DNA from: Flavobacteriia bacterium
GTDB lineage: Bacteria > Bacteroidota > Bacteroidia > Flavobacteriales > Flavobacteriaceae
Length of the DNA stretch: 64,000 nt
Direction of reading: 5' to 3'
NCBI GenBank assembly: GCA_013298525.1
Contig: JAAFHW010000004.1
Coordinates: 479 to 64,478 of the forward strand
This document shows, piece after piece, positions 20,919-31,196 of the stretch (positions within the stretch are counted from its first letter, which is position 1; each line of letters begins with the position of its first letter). Both the position numbers and the translations under genes were made by a program. The notes below the pieces were generated by a model. That model was not told where the DNA came from. It saw nothing but the letters and a program-made list of their open reading frames with translations, and made no database searches.

Positions 20919-21894
20919 AAAAATCAGCGTCGAAACTAATTTTGCTTGCTTCAGAATCAGAATTCATTACACCAGCTTTTTGGTATTCTGCTACACGTTT
21001 TTCAAAGAAATTAGTTTTTCCTTGTAGCGAAATCATATCCATAAAATCGAAAGGATTTGAAGAGTTATATACTCTTTCGCAGCCTAATTCTACTAATAAT
21101 CTATCGGTAACAAATTCTAAATATTGTGTCATCAAAGTTGCGTTCATTCCTATAAGACTTGCAGGAAGTGATTCAGTGATGAATTTTCTTTCTATGTTTA
21201 AAGCGTCAGTTAAAATATCTGTGATTCTTGCTTTAGGAACTTTATTTACTAAATGGTGGTTGTGTAAATGCACAGCAAAATCACAATGCATTCCTTCGTC
21301 ACGAGAAATTAATTCGTTTGAAAAAGTTAAACCTGGCATTAAACCACGTTTTTTCAACCAGAAAATTGAACAAAATGAACCTGAGAAGAAAATTCCTTCT
21401 ACAGCTGCAAAAGCAATCAATCTTTCTGCAAAAGAATCTGATTCTATCCATTTTAAAGCCCATTCTGCTTTGTCTTTAATGGCAGGAAAAGTTTCGATGG
21501 CATGAAAAAGTTCGTGTTTTTCTGCTTCGTCTTTTACATAAGTATCTATCAATAACGAATAAGTTTCGCTATGAATGTTTTCCATCATGATTTGAAATCC
21601 GTAGAAAAACTTTGCTTCTGGATATTGTACTTCGCTTACAAAATTTTCTGCAAGGTTTTCGTTTACAATTCCATCAGATGCTGCGAAGAACGCAAGAATG
21701 TGTTTGATGAAGTATTTTTCATCAGCATTCAACTTATTATTCCAATCATTCAAATCGGTGTGTAAGTCAATTTCTTCAGCAGTCCAAATGCAAGCTTCTT
21801 GTTTTTTATACCATTCCCAAATATCTTGATGCTTAATTGGGAAAATTACAAAGCGATCTTTATTTTCTTGAAGGATTGGTTCTACGAAAGACAT
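20917..21894 (-). CDS. nrdB: Ribonucleotide reductase class Ia beta subunit
   Basis: [20 protein letters not shown] (radical Tyr), [15 protein letters not shown]. Confidence 0.98.
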   Translation of the reverse strand: MSFVEPILQENKDRFVIFPIKHQDIWEWYKKQEACIWTAEEIDLHTDLNDWNNKLNADEKYFIKHILAFFAASDGIVNENLAENFVSEVQYPEAKFFYGFQIMMENIHSETYSLLIDTYVKDEAEKHELFHAIETFPAIKDKAEWALKWIESDSFAERLIAFAAVEGIFFSGSFCSIFWLKKRGLMPGLTFSNELISRDEGMHCDFAVHLHNHHLVNKVPKARITDILTDALNIERKFITESLPASLIGMNATLMTQYLEFVTDRLLVELGCERVYNSSNPFDFMDMISLQGKTNFFEKRVAEYQKAGVMNSDSEASKISFDADF

Positions 21895-22171
21895 AATTAT
21901 GGTTTTTATTAAGGTTTTTTTAACTTATTTCAACTGTTACAAAGATTGATAATTTTAAACGAAAAAGAAAGTCAAAGTTATTGACAATCGGCTTTAGTTT
22001 TTAACAATGTGTAGGAATACTACTAATTTTTACTTTTTCATAACTATTTGTTTAACAATAGTTTACAAACGTCAAAAAATGAAAAAACCCCTAAAAACAA
22101 GGGATTTATAAATTTTTACGATAAGTTTTCGTAATGTTTTTGAAAGGAAATTTTAAGTAAAAAATTAAACA

Positions 22172-22209
22172 AAAAATGCAACTTTCGATAGGTTGAAAGT
22201 TGCATTTTT
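22172..22209 (-). terminator. Rho-independent terminator
   Basis: AAAAAATGCAACTTTC...GAAAGTTGCATTTTT hairpin downstream of the Lys-rich gene. Confidence 0.85.
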
Positions 22210-22232
22210 AAATTTTCTAAGAATAGAAAGAT

Positions 22233-22889
22233 TTACTCTTCTTGCTCAGCATCAATATACGTTTTGTTTCCGTTTTTATTGATGTAATATTTTCCACCTC
22301 TTGGTCCAGTGAATACTTTTTTACCTTTATATTTTCCAGTTACTTTATCAGCAACTTTTTTCTCTGCAGTTTTAGAAGCTGCAGTTTCTTTCATATCTTC
22401 TTTTTCTTCAGCTGCAGTTTTTTTAACTTTAGCTGCAGTTTTATTTGCAGTAGCTTTTGCTTTTCCTTCAGTAGCTTTCGCTTTTCCAGTTGCAGAAGCT
22501 TTAGTTTCTTTAGCTTTTGACTCAGCATCTTTGAAACGTTTGTCTACAGTTCCGTCTTTTTTAAGTTTTGAAGCTTTTTCTTCTGTTTCTTTTTTAGCTT
22601 TTGAAGTTTTAGCTTTTGCGTCTTTTGTAGTTTTAGTTGCTTTTTCTTCTACTTCTTTTTTAGCTTTAGAAGTTTTTGCTTTAGCATCTTTTTCTGTTTT
22701 TTTAGCTGCTTTTTCTGCATCTTTCTTAGCTTTAGCTTTCTCTTCTTTTAGTTTGTCAGCTTTTTCTTTTTTAGCTTTTACTGCTTTTTCAGTTTTAGCT
22801 TTAGTTTTTGATGCTTTTTCTTTTACATCTTGTGCAAAAGTTGTGTTTGAGAAAATAAACACTAAGCATAATAAAATTAGTTTTTTCAT
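22233..22889 (-). CDS. Exported Lys/Ala-rich basic protein with C-terminal GPRGG (PBCV basic-adaptor-like) motif
   Basis: Signal peptide; KDAKAKTSKAKKE repeats; KKDGTVDKRFK; FTGPRGGKYYINKNGNKTY. Confidence 0.8.
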   Translation of the reverse strand: MKKLILLCLVFIFSNTTFAQDVKEKASKTKAKTEKAVKAKKEKADKLKEEKAKAKKDAEKAAKKTEKDAKAKTSKAKKEVEEKATKTTKDAKAKTSKAKKETEEKASKLKKDGTVDKRFKDAESKAKETKASATGKAKATEGKAKATANKTAAKVKKTAAEEKEDMKETAASKTAEKKVADKVTGKYKGKKVFTGPRGGKYYINKNGNKTYIDAEQEE

Positions 22890-22989
22890 TGTGAATTCTT
22901 AATTAGGTTATTAAAGTTTAAAATTAACGAATTAATTCTAAACAACAATTATTCCAATATTATTTTTTTTATGTAGAACTATGTTTACA

Positions 22990-25900
22990 CTAAAAGAATG
23001 CTCTCAATTGAACATTTCCTGTATGAATAGCATTGCTAGTATCAGATTTTCGTCCTTGATAGTTAATGTTGATGTCCAAATATTGGGTTAGATTTTTCTG
23101 CAAAAGTAAGCGCCAAGTACTATTTTTTCCGGGTTGCAAACCTTCAAGCATTTGAAAAGCAACAGGTGAAAGTGCGTTTCCAATGAACTCATTGTTATAA
23201 AGCGAGAATTCTCCATTGGCTGTGAATTTATTGTCGCTTGAATAATTAAACGAAATTCCGAAGCGTTGTTGTTTTAAAGATTCAAGTAAGTTTATGATGT
23301 TTTCTTTGTTTTTGTATTCATAAAAAAGCGACAAACTTTTATTGTTCGAAAATAAATAGGAGATTTTGGGTTCTACAGCATAAGAATTCAATTCAAAGTT
23401 TCGTGTGGCATAATTATCTGAAATACTTTCGGAGTTTGAAACAGAAGAATCCAAATTAAATAACCAACTTTTTTTCACTAAATGTGCATATTGCAACTGA
23501 TTGGATTGTGTTGTGTTTTCTTGTGAACCGATAGACAACAACGTTTTTACTCGTCCATTTAAATGAGTGTATGTTAATGAGTGACGTTGCTTGCCTCGAT
23601 TATAAAACAAACTATTTCTAAAATTGGTATTGAGTCCAAGTAAATTATCTTCGCTAGTTGAAAACGGATTTAGATTAAAATTATCGGTATCTCGTTGAAT
23701 TTTTCTGTCTAATGAAAATGAAGTTTGGTTATAAAAATAGGAGAGTAGTTTCTTGAAACCTTTATTGTTAATCCATTTAGATGGACTTAAAGTTACCGAC
23801 TGTGAAAATTTATTTTGATGTGTTTTTACAAAAATTTGATTTGGAAGAAAAACACGAACGTACTTGGCTTGATCTGGAAAAGCAGCGATTTCAAACTCTT
23901 GAAGTTCTTGAATTCCGTTGTTGTTGTAATCATTCCACATGTAAACTCCTTGTCCGGGATTGACCTCTAAATAAGTGAATTCTTGTTGAGCAATGGTTCC
24001 TGAAGCAGTTTCGTATGCAACAGTGGTTTGAATTAACTGATTGAAAAAATTATCATTGTAAAGCAATCTAGAATTCAATGATGGTTCTGTTGGAATCGTT
24101 GCATCGGTATATTTTAATCTTCGATAATTTACAAAAAGCGATAAGTTAGTTTTCTTATTTTGAATTAATTTTGATTTCAAATAATAAGAATCAGATGAGT
24201 TTACACGTTGTAGCATTCCCGATTGTAAACTGTCGTTTTTTCGATTTAAATAGCCAATTTCAGTGTAAACTTTTGTACTATCACCACGACCAATAAACGC
24301 TCCATATTCAGAAAAACGTTGACTTAAAGTGGAGAATTGATTTGTGGCAACCAATTGTTCCTGATTGTCTTCAAGGTTAAAACTTCCTCCAATCCAATTC
24401 TTTTTAAAATGTAATTTTGCTCTTGTTTGATTTCGGACAAAGTCAGTATTTGAAATAGTCCCGGAGCTTTTCATGAAACTAGAATTTTGCTGAACAACTA
24501 ATTTTTTATGTTTGAAACTTCCTTGAACAATATGTCGTGTTCCTGAAAAATTATTGGTAAAATTTAGTTTTTCTAGTTGATATTTAGCAAATCCTTTGGT
24601 TTTAAAATCAAAATTTAAACCTGAAACCAACAAACTTTGATTGCCTGAAATGGTTGTTAAATTCCAATCACGATTGAATTCTATATTGAATAATCGTTCA
24701 ATAGTCTTGAAATTTTGTTGCACTAACTGATAATTAGCAAAAGCATCAAGATTATATTTTCCTGAATAAAGTCTCTGTTTTCCATTGATTTTTGTTGCAA
24801 TTCCTCTGTTGTTATTGTCGTCAATGGTTGAATAAAGATTCAAATCGTTGTTGCTAACTCCTAGTTCAAAATCAATTGCGGTTTTTTCATTTGGTTTATA
24901 ACTTCCTAAAATTGTAGCGATTTGAATTTTTGTTGGAGCAATCAATCGTGTTATTGGTTCATAATTTCCTTGTGGAATTCCGGCAATTGGAGCAACATAT
25001 TCGTAGATTTTCCCAACGGCATTGTTGTTTGCTAAAACGTAATTTCCTAAGTTATTTCCAACCAATGAAAATCGTACATTATATAAGGTATCATTTGCAT
25101 CATTTGCATATTGAAAAACTTCAACACCACCAATAATGACTTTTTCATACAAAACTTTATTTTCAGAATAAGAATCTTCATAAGCTGATGGAGCAGTCAT
25201 TAAATTGGAATCATCTCCAGCATTTTTGAGAACTTCAACTTGTTCACCAGATAAATTTTGTTGCAATGGTTGATTTTTTACATCATTTTCAGAATATAAA
25301 AATCCGCCAATAGACCATTTTTTTGTTTGATGATTTGCACCACCATAGGTTACAAATCGAGTAAAATTTCTATCAGAATATTGGTATTCAATCACAATTC
25401 GCATTTCGGAAGTAATAGGAAATAGAGAAGTAAAGATGATTTCTCCTGCATTATAATCGATTATGTAATCGTTGTTTTCACCTCTTTTTAATAAAATTCC
25501 ATTTACAAAAACGCGTTCTGAACCCGAAATTACTAATACAAATAATTCTCCATTAGCACCACGCAATTTATATGGACCTTGATTTCCTTCTTGTCCAGTG
25601 AAATTGCTTTTTGCATATTGACCACGAACAACAGCGCCAGAGGCAAAGACTTCAGTTTTATTTTGAGGTGTTCCAAAAGTGAATTTTGAAGATAATCCTT
25701 GAACTTTTTTGTTAAAATTTAAAAACTTAGATTGTCTGTTTTCAAGAAATAAATCACCAGCGCGAATACTCCATTTGTCTGAAAATAATTCGATAAATAT
25801 TTGGTCAAATTCGTCTAAGGTTTGCGAATAGCCACCTGCTTGCAAAGGAATATTACTATCTTGAATAGAAGCACGAAGCGAAACTTTATTGGAAATTTTA

Positions 25901-26391
25901 CCTGTAATTTGCAAATCAAGATTAGAATTTACTGTCGAGTTTTGATTGTTTCCAACCGTAATTCCACGAGTTATACTTCCCGAAGTATTTAATCCGTCGA
26001 AGGGTTTGAAAGTTTTTAGATTGTCTCTTTTTACAGTGTATAAATTTCCAGCTTCGTTTGAAACCACTCGTTTTTCATCATAAATAGAATAGGTTTTGGT
26101 AAGAAATTCAGGAAACTTTAAATAACGAATGGTCAATGAATCTTGAGAAACGTAATTGTTTTTGAAAATCAATTTTGAGTTTTGAAAATCTACTTTATAA
26201 TAGGAAGAGTCGATTTCGATTCCTTGTTTATTAATGATTTTGAAGAATGATTTATTGATGCTAACGTTATCAATAGTGATGGTATCTTTAGAAAAAACTA
26301 TTTTTTTGTTTTTATATGGGGTTTCTATTTCCTGAGCAAAAATGCCCGAAAAACATAACAATAACATCCATAAAAAACTATTTTTTAACAT
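22990..26391 (-). CDS. Large hypothetical outer-membrane protein
   Basis: 1133 aa; signal peptide; beta-strand-rich; C-terminal LRAFF aromatic end. Confidence 0.75.
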   Translation of the reverse strand: MLKNSFLWMLLLCFSGIFAQEIETPYKNKKIVFSKDTITIDNVSINKSFFKIINKQGIEIDSSYYKVDFQNSKLIFKNNYVSQDSLTIRYLKFPEFLTKTYSIYDEKRVVSNEAGNLYTVKRDNLKTFKPFDGLNTSGSITRGITVGNNQNSTVNSNLDLQITGKISNKVSLRASIQDSNIPLQAGGYSQTLDEFDQIFIELFSDKWSIRAGDLFLENRQSKFLNFNKKVQGLSSKFTFGTPQNKTEVFASGAVVRGQYAKSNFTGQEGNQGPYKLRGANGELFVLVISGSERVFVNGILLKRGENNDYIIDYNAGEIIFTSLFPITSEMRIVIEYQYSDRNFTRFVTYGGANHQTKKWSIGGFLYSENDVKNQPLQQNLSGEQVEVLKNAGDDSNLMTAPSAYEDSYSENKVLYEKVIIGGVEVFQYANDANDTLYNVRFSLVGNNLGNYVLANNNAVGKIYEYVAPIAGIPQGNYEPITRLIAPTKIQIATILGSYKPNEKTAIDFELGVSNNDLNLYSTIDDNNNRGIATKINGKQRLYSGKYNLDAFANYQLVQQNFKTIERLFNIEFNRDWNLTTISGNQSLLVSGLNFDFKTKGFAKYQLEKLNFTNNFSGTRHIVQGSFKHKKLVVQQNSSFMKSSGTISNTDFVRNQTRAKLHFKKNWIGGSFNLEDNQEQLVATNQFSTLSQRFSEYGAFIGRGDSTKVYTEIGYLNRKNDSLQSGMLQRVNSSDSYYLKSKLIQNKKTNLSLFVNYRRLKYTDATIPTEPSLNSRLLYNDNFFNQLIQTTVAYETASGTIAQQEFTYLEVNPGQGVYMWNDYNNNGIQELQEFEIAAFPDQAKYVRVFLPNQIFVKTHQNKFSQSVTLSPSKWINNKGFKKLLSYFYNQTSFSLDRKIQRDTDNFNLNPFSTSEDNLLGLNTNFRNSLFYNRGKQRHSLTYTHLNGRVKTLLSIGSQENTTQSNQLQYAHLVKKSWLFNLDSSVSNSESISDNYATRNFELNSYAVEPKISYLFSNNKSLSLFYEYKNKENIINLLESLKQQRFGISFNYSSDNKFTANGEFSLYNNEFIGNALSPVAFQMLEGLQPGKNSTWRLLLQKNLTQYLDININYQGRKSDTSNAIHTGNVQLRAFF

Positions 26392-26464
26392 AAATAAGAT
26401 AACTCATAAATGTCAAAAGTAGTATTTATTATTGGAAAAATTTGGAGTGTAAGATAGATAAAGG

Positions 26465-26833
26465 TTACTGCTTTTTTTGGATGTAAAATTTTTCGACTTG
26501 AAAAAAGGCAATTATAAAAAGACTTGTTGCAATTATGTGATATAAAAAATCAAAAAATGAGTTTGAAGGAATAAAAACAGCAAGAAAATAACTAATTACA
26601 CCAGAAAATATCCCAATAATAAAACCAATTGCTAAGTTGAAAATTCTATTTTTTCTTGTAATAAAAAAGAAAAATAAAGCACTTGAAATGACGATTACTT
26701 GAAATCTAGCAAAAATACCGTCGTCTTTTCCTTGATAAAAAGGTTTGTCAAAAAGCTTGTATAAATCACGTAAAAAAATCACAACCAATGAAAGTAGAAC
26801 TAGAAAGACTATTATTTTTATTTTTCTTGACAT
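26465..26833 (-). CDS. Hypothetical integral membrane protein
   Basis: About four hydrophobic segments; 1-nt overlap with the lysC stop. Confidence 0.7.
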   Translation of the reverse strand: MSRKIKIIVFLVLLSLVVIFLRDLYKLFDKPFYQGKDDGIFARFQVIVISSALFFFFITRKNRIFNLAIGFIIGIFSGVISYFLAVFIPSNSFFDFLYHIIATSLFIIAFFQVEKFYIQKKQ

Positions 26834-28086
26834 TACTCTTTAGTAACAATCTGCATGGTTTCTCTGGAAATTTGTTTTACCAAAACGGTTTTGTCTTTTT
26901 CTACCATTTCTGCTGCTTCTTTAGAGAAATGACGAATGGTGTAAAGCGAAACATTTTCGTTATATGAAACTTTAAATTTCTTTGAAAGAATAGTTTTCAA
27001 TTCATTGAAATTCCCAAATTTATCTTCAATACAAATAGAAAAACTGATGGCTGTATTTTGAATTAAACTTACTTTGATTTTATATTTATGTAAAAGCGCA
27101 AAAATTTCACTGATATTTTCTTCCATAATAAAAGAGAAATCTATGGAGGAAAGAGAAATTAATAATTGGTTTTTCTTTACAATGAAACAAGAAGTTTTTG
27201 GCTCCAAATCAGCACCTTTAGATACCGAAGTTCCAGGTAACAAAGGGTTTATAAAGGATTTTACAAAAAGCGGAATTTCTTTTTTCTGTAAAGGTTGCAA
27301 CGTTTTTGGATGAATTACAGAAGCTCCATAAAATGCTAATTCTATTGCTTCACGATAAGAAATTTGATTCAACAAAATAGCATTTTCAAAATATCTTGGA
27401 TCGGCATTCATTACTCCAGGAACGTCTTTCCAAATAGTTACGCTTTCCGCACTCAAGCAATAAGCAAAAATTGCAGCTGTATAATCGGAACCTTCACGAC
27501 CTAAAGTTGTAGTGAAATTATTTTCGTCAGAACCTAAAAACCCTTGTGTAATGTTTAATGCTTTTTTCTTGATTCCTTTAGAAATCAATTTTTGAGTTTG
27601 TTCCCAATCTACATTGGCATCGCGGTAAGTGGCATCGGTTTTAATGAAATTTCTAACATCAATCCAGTTGTTTTTTAAACCTTGATGATTGAAAAAATAG
27701 CTAACAATTGTTGTAGAAACAATTTCTCCATAACTAATTACTTGGTCGTAAACGAAGTTGTAATTTGGAGATTTATTACTTCTCAAGAAATATTCTAAAT
27801 CGGCAAAATGACTATTTACAGCAAAGAAAACATCATGTTCTTCATCATCAAATAAGTCTAACAAAATTTGGTTGTGGTATTTTCTAACTTCTTGTAAGGA
27901 TGCATGAAATTCGTTAGATTTTTCAAAATAATTTTTGATTACAATTTCCAAAGCATTGGTTGTTTTTCCCATTGCGGAAATTACAATTAATACATCTTCA
28001 TGACCTACTTTTTGTAAAACATCAAAAACATTTTTTACACCATCGGCATCTTTCACTGATGCACCACCAAATTTAAATATTCTCAT
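26833..28086 (-). CDS. lysC: Aspartate kinase
   Basis: KFGGASV, VISAMGKTT, TTLGREGSDYTA, WKDVPG..ADP, VIHPKT. Confidence 0.95.
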   Translation of the reverse strand: MRIFKFGGASVKDADGVKNVFDVLQKVGHEDVLIVISAMGKTTNALEIVIKNYFEKSNEFHASLQEVRKYHNQILLDLFDDEEHDVFFAVNSHFADLEYFLRSNKSPNYNFVYDQVISYGEIVSTTIVSYFFNHQGLKNNWIDVRNFIKTDATYRDANVDWEQTQKLISKGIKKKALNITQGFLGSDENNFTTTLGREGSDYTAAIFAYCLSAESVTIWKDVPGVMNADPRYFENAILLNQISYREAIELAFYGASVIHPKTLQPLQKKEIPLFVKSFINPLLPGTSVSKGADLEPKTSCFIVKKNQLLISLSSIDFSFIMEENISEIFALLHKYKIKVSLIQNTAISFSICIEDKFGNFNELKTILSKKFKVSYNENVSLYTIRHFSKEAAEMVEKDKTVLVKQISRETMQIVTKE

Positions 28087-28090
28087 TTTA

Positions 28091-28118
28091 ATTTCAGATT
28101 TCAGATTTCAGATTTCAG
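28091..28118. repeat. Heptamer tandem repeat (ATTTCAG)x4
   Basis: Directly visible, 4 nt upstream of the lysC start codon. Confidence 0.9.
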
Positions 28119-28153
28119 ATTTTTAGTCTAAATAGAAATCAATTCTATGTTAT

Positions 28154-28624
28154 TTATTTTTTTAGAAATTCATTAATTCCATTTTCATCCATTTGAACAA
28201 CATCCCAATCATCAAGAATTTTTGCTCCACTTTTTTTATAAAATTCAATTGCAGGAGTGTTCCAATCTAGAACATTCCATTCAATTCTTCTCACGTTATC
28301 ACGTTTTCCTTGAGCTATGATTTCGCTGTAAAGCGCAAATCCTGCTCCGGTTCCGCGTTTGTTTTCTTTTACAATTAAATCTTCAAGGTGAATTGTTTTA
28401 CCTTTCCAAGTAGAATATCTGTAATAATAAAGTGCAATTCCGATGATTTGGCCATCGACTTCAGCTACAAAAGTATGAAACAAAGGGTTTTCTGCAAAAC
28501 CATCACGAATTAAATCGTCGACAGTTATAACAACGGCATCAGGTTCTTTTTCAAAAACGGCTAATTCTTTTATCAACTCTAAAACCGATGGCATGTCGTT
28601 AGGAGTTCCTTTTCTAATTATCAT
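28154..28624 (-). CDS. GNAT acetyltransferase (spermidine/spermine N-acetyltransferase-like)
   Basis: ELAVFEK, YSTWKG...LEDL.V, VLDWNTPAIEFY. Confidence 0.88.
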   Translation of the reverse strand: MIIRKGTPNDMPSVLELIKELAVFEKEPDAVVITVDDLIRDGFAENPLFHTFVAEVDGQIIGIALYYYRYSTWKGKTIHLEDLIVKENKRGTGAGFALYSEIIAQGKRDNVRRIEWNVLDWNTPAIEFYKKSGAKILDDWDVVQMDENGINEFLKK

Positions 28625-28714
28625 AGTAAAAATAGTATTGCCCAAAAATACAAATTCCAAACTCCAACTGCAATAGTGGAATTTGGAATTTTTAAAAATA
28701 TCAGTTTTAAGAAG

Positions 28715-29578
28715 TTATTTCTTTTTCTTCTTAGTAGTAGCTTTTTTAGTAGTAGTTTTTGTTACAACCACTTTATTATTTATTGGTTTTTGAACGTATG
28801 CTTTGTATAGCCCTTCAGCAATTGCTCTCTGTTTAGCAGTTTCAGCTCTGTCTTTTGGGTCTGGATGTGAACTCATCATTCTTGATAAAAAATCGGATGA
28901 TGCACCACCACTTTGAGAAGCTAATAAGTTAAAAGCAGATTCAACTGCGTTTACATCATAACCATGTTTCTTCATAAAATCATATGAAAAAGTATCTGCT
29001 TCAGATTCTTGTTTTCTGCTGTGTTTGCTGTCTAACATTGCGTTTCCAATTTGACCTAATTGGCTGTCTGTTAGTTTGGCAACTTTATCAGATTGCGATG
29101 AAACAGCATCAATCAATGCAGCTTTTCTTAACGCAGCTTTCATAGCGTCTTTCGTGTCTTCATTAGCAACGTGACCAATTTCGTGACCAATAACGGCAAG
29201 CAATTGATTGTCATCCATAATATCCATTAAACCTGAATAAACACGAACACTACCATCTGCAGTTGCAAATGCATTTACATCTTTTGTTAGATATACTTTG
29301 TAGTTTAATGCTAATCCGTTTTCGCTTGCATGTTTCCCAAAAATTCTGTTTAGTCTAAGTGTATAACCATCTTTTGGTCCAGCTACAACATTAGTTGAAT
29401 CCATTTTTTTAACAGCTTCTTTAGATAATTTTGCTGCATCTTCATTAGAAAATGTAAAGCTTGCAACTCCATTTTGTAAAGCACCAAGAGCTTTTTCTCC
29501 CAAGTTAATTTGAGCATTTGCTTTAGAAATATTTAAAATAACTAATAAAGCAATTGTTAAAAATGATTTGATTTTCAT
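28715..29578 (-). CDS. M48 family metallopeptidase (LoiP/YggG-like)
   Basis: Signal peptide; VNAFA..DG, HEIGH, SRKQESEAD, SSHP. Confidence 0.9.
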   Translation of the reverse strand: MKIKSFLTIALLVILNISKANAQINLGEKALGALQNGVASFTFSNEDAAKLSKEAVKKMDSTNVVAGPKDGYTLRLNRIFGKHASENGLALNYKVYLTKDVNAFATADGSVRVYSGLMDIMDDNQLLAVIGHEIGHVANEDTKDAMKAALRKAALIDAVSSQSDKVAKLTDSQLGQIGNAMLDSKHSRKQESEADTFSYDFMKKHGYDVNAVESAFNLLASQSGGASSDFLSRMMSSHPDPKDRAETAKQRAIAEGLYKAYVQKPINNKVVVTKTTTKKATTKKKKK

Positions 29579-29713
29579 TGTATTATAATTTAATAAATTA
29601 AAGAGCAAAGATAAAATAAGTTTGATAATAAATTTGTAGTATTAATTTGTTTAATTGATTTGAAATTTAATAAAATAAACGATATTTGCACAAATAACTA
29701 CAACGATTTCGTA

Positions 29714-30724
29714 ATGGAAGAACGCAATAAAACCTTAGGTGAATTTATCATTGAAAATCAAAATGCTTTTCAGTATTCCTCAGGAGAATTATCAAGAATT
29801 ATAAACTCAATTCGACTGGCAGCAAAAGTTGTTAACTACAAAGTAAATAAAGCTGGATTGGTTGATATTGTTGGAGCTGCAGGAGAACAAAATGTTCAAG
29901 GTGAAGACCAACAAAAATTGGATGTTTATGCCAATGAAGTTTTTATTCAAACGTTGATCAATCGTGAAATTGTGTGTGGAATCGCTTCAGAAGAAAATGA
30001 CGATTTTATTACTGTTGCAGGTTCAGATAATTCTCATAGTAATAAATATGTGGTTTTAATGGATCCTTTAGATGGTTCATCTAATATTGATGTCAATGTT
30101 TCTGTTGGAACAATTTTTTCTGTTTTTAGAAGAAAAACTCCTGTTGGAACTCCAGTAACAAGTGAAGATTTTTTACAACCAGGAACACAACAAGTAGCTG
30201 CAGGATATGTAATTTATGGAACTTCAACCATGTTGGTTTATACAACTGGTCATGGTGTAAATGGTTTTACTTTAAATCCAGCTATTGGAACTTTTTATCT
30301 TTCACATCCAAATATGCAGTATCCAAAAGATGGAACTATTTATTCGATAAATGAAGGAAATTATGTGCATTTTCCTCAAGGAGTGAAAGATTATATAAAA
30401 TATTGTCAGTTAGAAGAAGGAGACAGACCTTATACTTCAAGATATATTGGAAGTCTAGTTTCCGATATGCATCGAAACATGATTAAAGGTGGAATTTATA
30501 TTTATCCAACAAGTTCAAAAGCTCCAAATGGTAAACTTAGATTGTTGTATGAATGTAATCCAATGGCTTTTATTGCTGAGCAAGCTGGCGGAAAAGCAAT
30601 TGATGGTTATAGAAGAATTATGGAAATTCAACCAACAGAATTGCACCAAAGAGTACCTTTTTTCTGTGGAAGTTACAATATGGTTAGTAAGGCAGAAGAA
30701 TTTATGAAAGCATCTGATTTGTAG
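29714..30724 (+). CDS. fbp: Class 1 fructose-1,6-bisphosphatase
   Basis: [35 protein letters not shown]. Confidence 0.97.
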   Translation: MEERNKTLGEFIIENQNAFQYSSGELSRIINSIRLAAKVVNYKVNKAGLVDIVGAAGEQNVQGEDQQKLDVYANEVFIQTLINREIVCGIASEENDDFITVAGSDNSHSNKYVVLMDPLDGSSNIDVNVSVGTIFSVFRRKTPVGTPVTSEDFLQPGTQQVAAGYVIYGTSTMLVYTTGHGVNGFTLNPAIGTFYLSHPNMQYPKDGTIYSINEGNYVHFPQGVKDYIKYCQLEEGDRPYTSRYIGSLVSDMHRNMIKGGIYIYPTSSKAPNGKLRLLYECNPMAFIAEQAGGKAIDGYRRIMEIQPTELHQRVPFFCGSYNMVSKAEEFMKASDL

Positions 30725-30782
30725 AACAAATTCTACAAATACATAAAATACTGAAAAGTAGCTTAGTTGAAAGAAAAATTAC

Positions 30783-30790
30783 TAAATTTG
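30783..30790 (+). promoter_or_regulatory. Bacteroidota sigma70 -7 element for the small-GTPase operon
   Basis: TAAATTTG matches TAnnTTTG, 34 nt upstream of ATG 30825. Confidence 0.6.
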
Positions 30791-30824
30791 CAAACATTTT
30801 TTTCAACAAAAACTACTTACTTAT

Positions 30825-31187
30825 ATGTCTAAAAATCAATCAAAAGAAACAGAAGCTCCAGCAGTAAACCCACTAGAATCTGCTCAAAGATTGGAAGCTA
30901 TCAAAAACCTGATTTTTGGTGAAAACATTCAGCAAATTGATCAGGAATTTCAAGATATTAAAAATCACATTGAAAAAAGAAAAGAGGAATTAGAAGACTT
31001 TATTGCTGAAACTCGTAAGGAGTTGAACAGTACTATCGATAATTTAGCTACCGATTTAAACATCAGAATTACTGATTTAGAGAACAGTATGAATGATAAA
31101 ACGGATGAATTAAACCACAAAAAAGTCGATAGAAACTTACTTGGAACGCTTCTAGTTTCTATGGGTGAAAAAATAATGAAGGACTAA
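30825..31187 (+). CDS. Coiled-coil protein (first gene of small-GTPase operon)
   Basis: 120 aa, heptad-rich helical; N-terminal RLEAIKNLIFGE motif. Confidence 0.8.
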   Translation: MSKNQSKETEAPAVNPLESAQRLEAIKNLIFGENIQQIDQEFQDIKNHIEKRKEELEDFIAETRKELNSTIDNLATDLNIRITDLENSMNDKTDELNHKKVDRNLLGTLLVSMGEKIMKD

Positions 31188-31196
31188 TTCATTATT

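Noticed and set aside
20942..21505. 187-aa plus-strand ORF
   Set aside because: Antisense to the well-conserved nrdB, with no recognisable motifs
21975..22065. DnaA-box-like or palindromic operator upstream of nrdB (TTATTGACA; AACTATTTGTTTAACAATAGTT)
   Set aside because: Matches are imperfect and expected by chance in such AT-rich DNA; cannot be supported without comparative data
22309..22902. 197-aa plus-strand ORF (and 22242-22520)
   Set aside because: Antisense shadow of the Lys/Ala-rich gene; its low-complexity codons lack stops on the other strand
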